Below, one piece after another: positions 60,867-64,000 of a DNA stretch of 64,000 nt (the stretch's first letter is position 1; each line of letters begins with the position of its first letter). The stretch is from assembly GCA_050015395.1 (NCBI GenBank), contig JBEKBM010000006.1, forward strand, positions 51,235 through 115,234, given 5' to 3'. The position numbers were made by a program, and so were the translations under genes. Source of the DNA: Candidatus Bathyarchaeia archaeon (lineage in GTDB: Archaea; Thermoproteota; Bathyarchaeia; Bathyarchaeales; Bathycorpusculaceae). Under the pieces are notes generated by a model, which did not search any database, had not been told where the DNA came from, and saw only the letters and a program-made list of their open reading frames with translations.

Positions 60867-61140
60867 GTGCGTATTTAGCTGGTGCTTTTAGTCCAAGTAA
60901 TTGTGTTATGCTTTTAGCATTCTTATTTCAATAGTAAATAGTGCCCTCCCTCCCCTTTCTGGAAGAGCTCGTTTTAGATTGCTTTTTTGGTTTAGGGCTT
61001 GAATTAGCGTTAGGCTGCAGTATTTTTGGTAAATTTTGGCATATAAAAGGTAAAAACGCATAAAGAGTGCCTTGCTTGTGAGCCTGCAATGTTCAAAACC
61101 AAATTGCAAACAGGTAAATCGAACTGTCCTAAATACACAT
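60867..61140. mobile_element. 274-bp MITE, copy 2
   Basis: Ends GTGCGTATTTAG...CTAAATACACAT; flanks GAAAACCA/GAAAACGA (7 of 8 match); same length as copy 1. Confidence 0.88.
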
Positions 61141-61183
61141 GAAAACGAAGTTTTATTAAGTCTGAATTAAGATTAAGCCACCG

Positions 61184-61546
61184 ATGAAAATGTCAATTGA
61201 AGGATTTGTTGAGTATAAGCGAAGAGAATTCTGCAAAGACGTAAAATGCCCCGTACAGATGGAGCTAAACAAGCTAACAGAGGCTTCCCCAGTTTACGAG
61301 CAGGCGAGGCAAAAGTGCAGCAGCGGATGCTTATATACCACGTGGCAGTTTCACCACTGGCTAATAGAAAAAGGATATATTATCTCAGTTAGCTCGAAAT
61401 TAAAAAATAATGAAACAACAGTTTTAGCAAACATTGACAAGCAACTAGTCGAGTGGATTGACAGGCAAGTTCAAAAAGGGAATTTTAGAGACAGAAGTCA
61501 ATTGATTGAAAATGCTATAGCTCAATACAAAAAACAGCAAGAATAA
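61184..61546 (+). CDS. Cys/His metal-binding domain fused to a C-terminal ribbon-helix-helix
   Basis: CKDVKC...CSSGC...FHHWL, then IDKQLVEWID...FRDRSQLIENAI. Confidence 0.75.
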   Translation: MKMSIEGFVEYKRREFCKDVKCPVQMELNKLTEASPVYEQARQKCSSGCLYTTWQFHHWLIEKGYIISVSSKLKNNETTVLANIDKQLVEWIDRQVQKGNFRDRSQLIENAIAQYKKQQE

Positions 61547-61634
61547 ATGAAGCGCACTTTAAAGAGAAATATAATCTGTCACCACTCAAATCTGAACTGG
61601 ACACACACAGACAGGGGTAGGGGGTGCACACAAT

Positions 61635-61663
61635 CATGGATTCAAATCCCAGCGACGCCACCA
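61635..61663 (+). repeat. Degenerate tRNA 3'-end fragment
   Basis: CATGGATTCAAATCCCAGCGACGCCACCA: T-loop, acceptor-like strand and CCA; no 5' half. Confidence 0.45.
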
Positions 61664-61932
61664 CAAACCTCAATTTACCCCCATTTTGCGAAAAACAACT
61701 ATTATTCAAGCGTGTTCAGAAGGATAATTTGTGCTGTCAATTTACTCACAAGGAAACAATGGATAACGTTTGCCTAAAACTTTCTCCCTGCCCAGCCCTT
61801 ATGTGAAACGGCGAGTTAGATTAGCTACAAACGTTTCGATTGTCCGTTGGGGAAGAAAGTAATAGAAACGCCGAGCTGGTCGACAAAGATTATTTATAGT
61901 AGGTAGCTCCCACAACGGAATGGCGATCATTT

Positions 61933-62637
61933 ATGTTTAGACGGAGCAGGGCTGAGGAAATTGGCAATTTTTTTGCTTTAGGGCTTTCTGAGAACCAGAT
62001 TGCTGTCATATACCTTGGGGCTTCAGGAATCCTCGCAAGAACCTCGAAACAAAGCGTTCTAATAGACGCGGCAGGCTTTTTGAAGGATGACGAGACGGCG
62101 GCCCTCAAAGAAGTCAACCTTCTGCTCTTTACGCACAGTCATCTGGATCATTTCAGTGCTGGCAAGACGTTGAAGCTATTCAAGAAGACAGGAGCGCCTG
62201 TATTGGCCGAGGCAAAAGTCGCCGACAAATTGAAAGGAATCATCCCCGGCGAAAAGTTAACAAGTGCGATGTCTGGTCAATCGTACGCTTACGGAGACCT
62301 CTCCGTAAAGGCGGTTCAAGGGGTTCACCGTGGCCCAATAATGCTCTTTCAAGTAAAAATGGGGAACCTTCTTGTGTTCCACGCGGGCGACTCAGGATAC
62401 GTGCCCGTGAAAGAGTATCAGTCACAAATAGCTTTTCTGCCTACAGGCCGCTGGTCCCCAACGGCTTCTCCCGAAAACGCCTTCAAAATGGCATCTGAAT
62501 TACAACCAAATGTGGTCGTTGTCATGCACGGATCCAAAGGGCAACACAAAAAATTCGAAAATATATTAAAGGAGAAAATGCCTCAGACAAAAGTAATCAT
62601 ACTTACGCCCTACACTTCTCAAACCTTAGAACTTTAA
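61933..62637 (+). CDS. MBL-fold metallo-hydrolase
   Basis: THSHLDH, HAGDS, VMH. Confidence 0.85.
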   Translation: MFRRSRAEEIGNFFALGLSENQIAVIYLGASGILARTSKQSVLIDAAGFLKDDETAALKEVNLLLFTHSHLDHFSAGKTLKLFKKTGAPVLAEAKVADKLKGIIPGEKLTSAMSGQSYAYGDLSVKAVQGVHRGPIMLFQVKMGNLLVFHAGDSGYVPVKEYQSQIAFLPTGRWSPTASPENAFKMASELQPNVVVVMHGSKGQHKKFENILKEKMPQTKVIILTPYTSQTLEL

Positions 62638-62890
62638 GAAAGCATAAGGTCCCCGAAAAAACCGCTTAACGTTTCTGCGGAATCTATCTCGAGATCCAGC
62701 CCCCCATGAGCCCACCAACTTGCTATCGCTACAGCTCCTAAGATACTAAATACGCTGGCTGTGATTACTGTGGCTAGTCTCATGTGTTATCGAAAAATTC
62801 AAGTTGGATTCAAATCCAAACAGTTTTTCTTAGCAAGGGTAGGAAAGGTTATTTAATTCTTAAAACAAAAGGTTCCACGGAGAAATAAAT

Positions 62891-63688
62891 ATGGAGTGGG
62901 GAATGAAAAACAGGTTAAGCAGACTTATCCAAAAAGACGGGAAAGCCCTCTTCTTACCCATTGACCATGGATACTTCCAAGGACCAACACACAGTCTTGA
63001 GAAGCCCGGAGAAACAATCAAACCCATCTACCAGTACGCTGATGCAATCATGCTTACCCGCGGGGTTCTGAGAAACTGCATTGACCCAGCCATCGAGAAA
63101 CCAATCATAATGCGAGTTTCAGGCGCCGTAACCGTGGTAGGCGAAGACTTGGCCAACGAGAGCATAGTCACATCCATCCGAGAAATTCTACGATTAAACG
63201 CCATGGCGGTTTCCATGTCCGTTTTTGTCGGGACAAAATACGAGAACAAAAGCCTCAGCAACCTAGCCAAACTCGTGGACGAATGCGAAGATTATGGCGT
63301 ACCAGTCATGGCTGTCACGTCCGTGGGAAGGGAACTTGAAAAACGAGAAGCCCGTTATTTAGCGTTGGTTGCAAGAGTTTCAGCTGAAATCGGCGCACGT
63401 GTGGTTAAGACTTACTATTGTAAAGAGGGCTTTGAAAAAGTCGTTGACGGTTGCCCAGTGCCAGTGGTTATTGCAGGCGGACCAAAAACTGAAACGCAAA
63501 AGGAAGTGTTCGACTTCGTCTATGATGGCATGCAGAAAGGAGCTATAGGCGTTAACTTGGGCAGGAACATTTGGCAAACCGAGAATCCAGTAGCTGCAAT
63601 CAGGGCGATTAGAGCCGTTGTCCACGATAACTTTACTCCGCAAGAAGCACTGGACCTGTTTAATCAGGTAAAAGCCGGCAAGGCTTAA
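62891..63688 (+). CDS. lsrF: LsrF-like class I aldolase/thiolase
   Basis: MEWGMKNRL, IDHGYFQGPT, VKTYYC, VIAGGPK, GRNIWQ. Confidence 0.9.
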   Translation: MEWGMKNRLSRLIQKDGKALFLPIDHGYFQGPTHSLEKPGETIKPIYQYADAIMLTRGVLRNCIDPAIEKPIIMRVSGAVTVVGEDLANESIVTSIREILRLNAMAVSMSVFVGTKYENKSLSNLAKLVDECEDYGVPVMAVTSVGRELEKREARYLALVARVSAEIGARVVKTYYCKEGFEKVVDGCPVPVVIAGGPKTETQKEVFDFVYDGMQKGAIGVNLGRNIWQTENPVAAIRAIRAVVHDNFTPQEALDLFNQVKAGKA

Positions 63689-63720
63689 CCCAGCACTTTT
63701 CTTTTTCTTGGTGAAACCTC

Positions 63721-64000
63721 TTGCTTACCGCCGTCTACTACAACAACCATGACGTCCGCATTCAAGAAATGCCTATCCCGCAGATCAGCGATGATGAGGC
63801 GCTACTTAAGGTGATGGCAAGCGGCATATGCGGCAGCGACGTCACCGAATGGTACCGCGTACCCAAGGCTCCGCTGGTGCTGGGTCATGAAGCAACAGGC
63901 ATCATTGACAAGGTTGGCGGCAAAGTGAAAAATCTCAAAGTCGGCGACCGCGTCTTTGTTTCGCACCATGTTCCCTGCAATAAGTGCCGTTACTGCAAAA
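63721..64000 (+). CDS. Zn-dependent alcohol dehydrogenase (MDR), truncated by the window edge
   Basis: Manual translation from TTG 63721: ...ASGICGSD...LGHE...VGDRV...HHVPCNKCRYC. Confidence 0.9.
   Translation, partial: MLTAVYYNNHDVRIQEMPIPQISDDEALLKVMASGICGSDVTEWYRVPKAPLVLGHEATGIIDKVGGKVKNLKVGDRVFVSHHVPCNKCRYCK

Noticed and set aside
62804-62819. TTGGATTCAAATCCAA, a T-arm-like hairpin
   Set aside because: Too short, and no acceptor strand follows.

Overview
Archaeal chromosomal window. TBP, Sec11, Trm11, deoxyhypusine synthase and an intron-containing tRNA make it archaeal; gene content and style suggest Bathyarchaeia (inference). Positions 1-23.8 kb are mostly housekeeping: pyrE, tbp, signal peptidase, Lhr, RNase Z, Trm11, Prs, LplA, CysS, MtaB-like, AlkD, a ThiI-like enzyme and tRNA-Arg(TCT) with an intron. 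This stretch is interrupted by toxin-antitoxin debris and a lysine 2,3-aminomutase + EctA-like acetyltransferase pair. From 23.8 kb on the content is largely accessory: radical SAM enzymes, VapBC, aguB-aguA, ahbABCD, an ABC transporter, Lrp and HTH-10 regulators, an MFS transporter, surface proteins, DHS, tRNA-Gln(CTG), HtpX, NfeD, LsrF and a truncated Zn-ADH. Reading between the supplied ORFs adds several small genes: two Zn-ribbon Cren7-like proteins, a CdrS-like RHH, a HicB, a hydrophilin-like peptide and a Trp/Met-rich peptide. It also reveals a 274-bp MITE in two copies with TIRs and 8-bp TSDs, a second dispersed ~160-bp repeat, decayed tRNA 3' fragments, and candidate structured RNAs including a pseudoknot at 7964-8075. 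No CRISPR array, rRNA, integrase or transposase was seen. The best novelty candidates are the AblA+EctA-like osmolyte operon, the CdrS-like/mini-FtsZ-tail pair, the pseudoknotted intergenic RNA and the MITE family. All family assignments come from motif recognition by eye; no searches were run.
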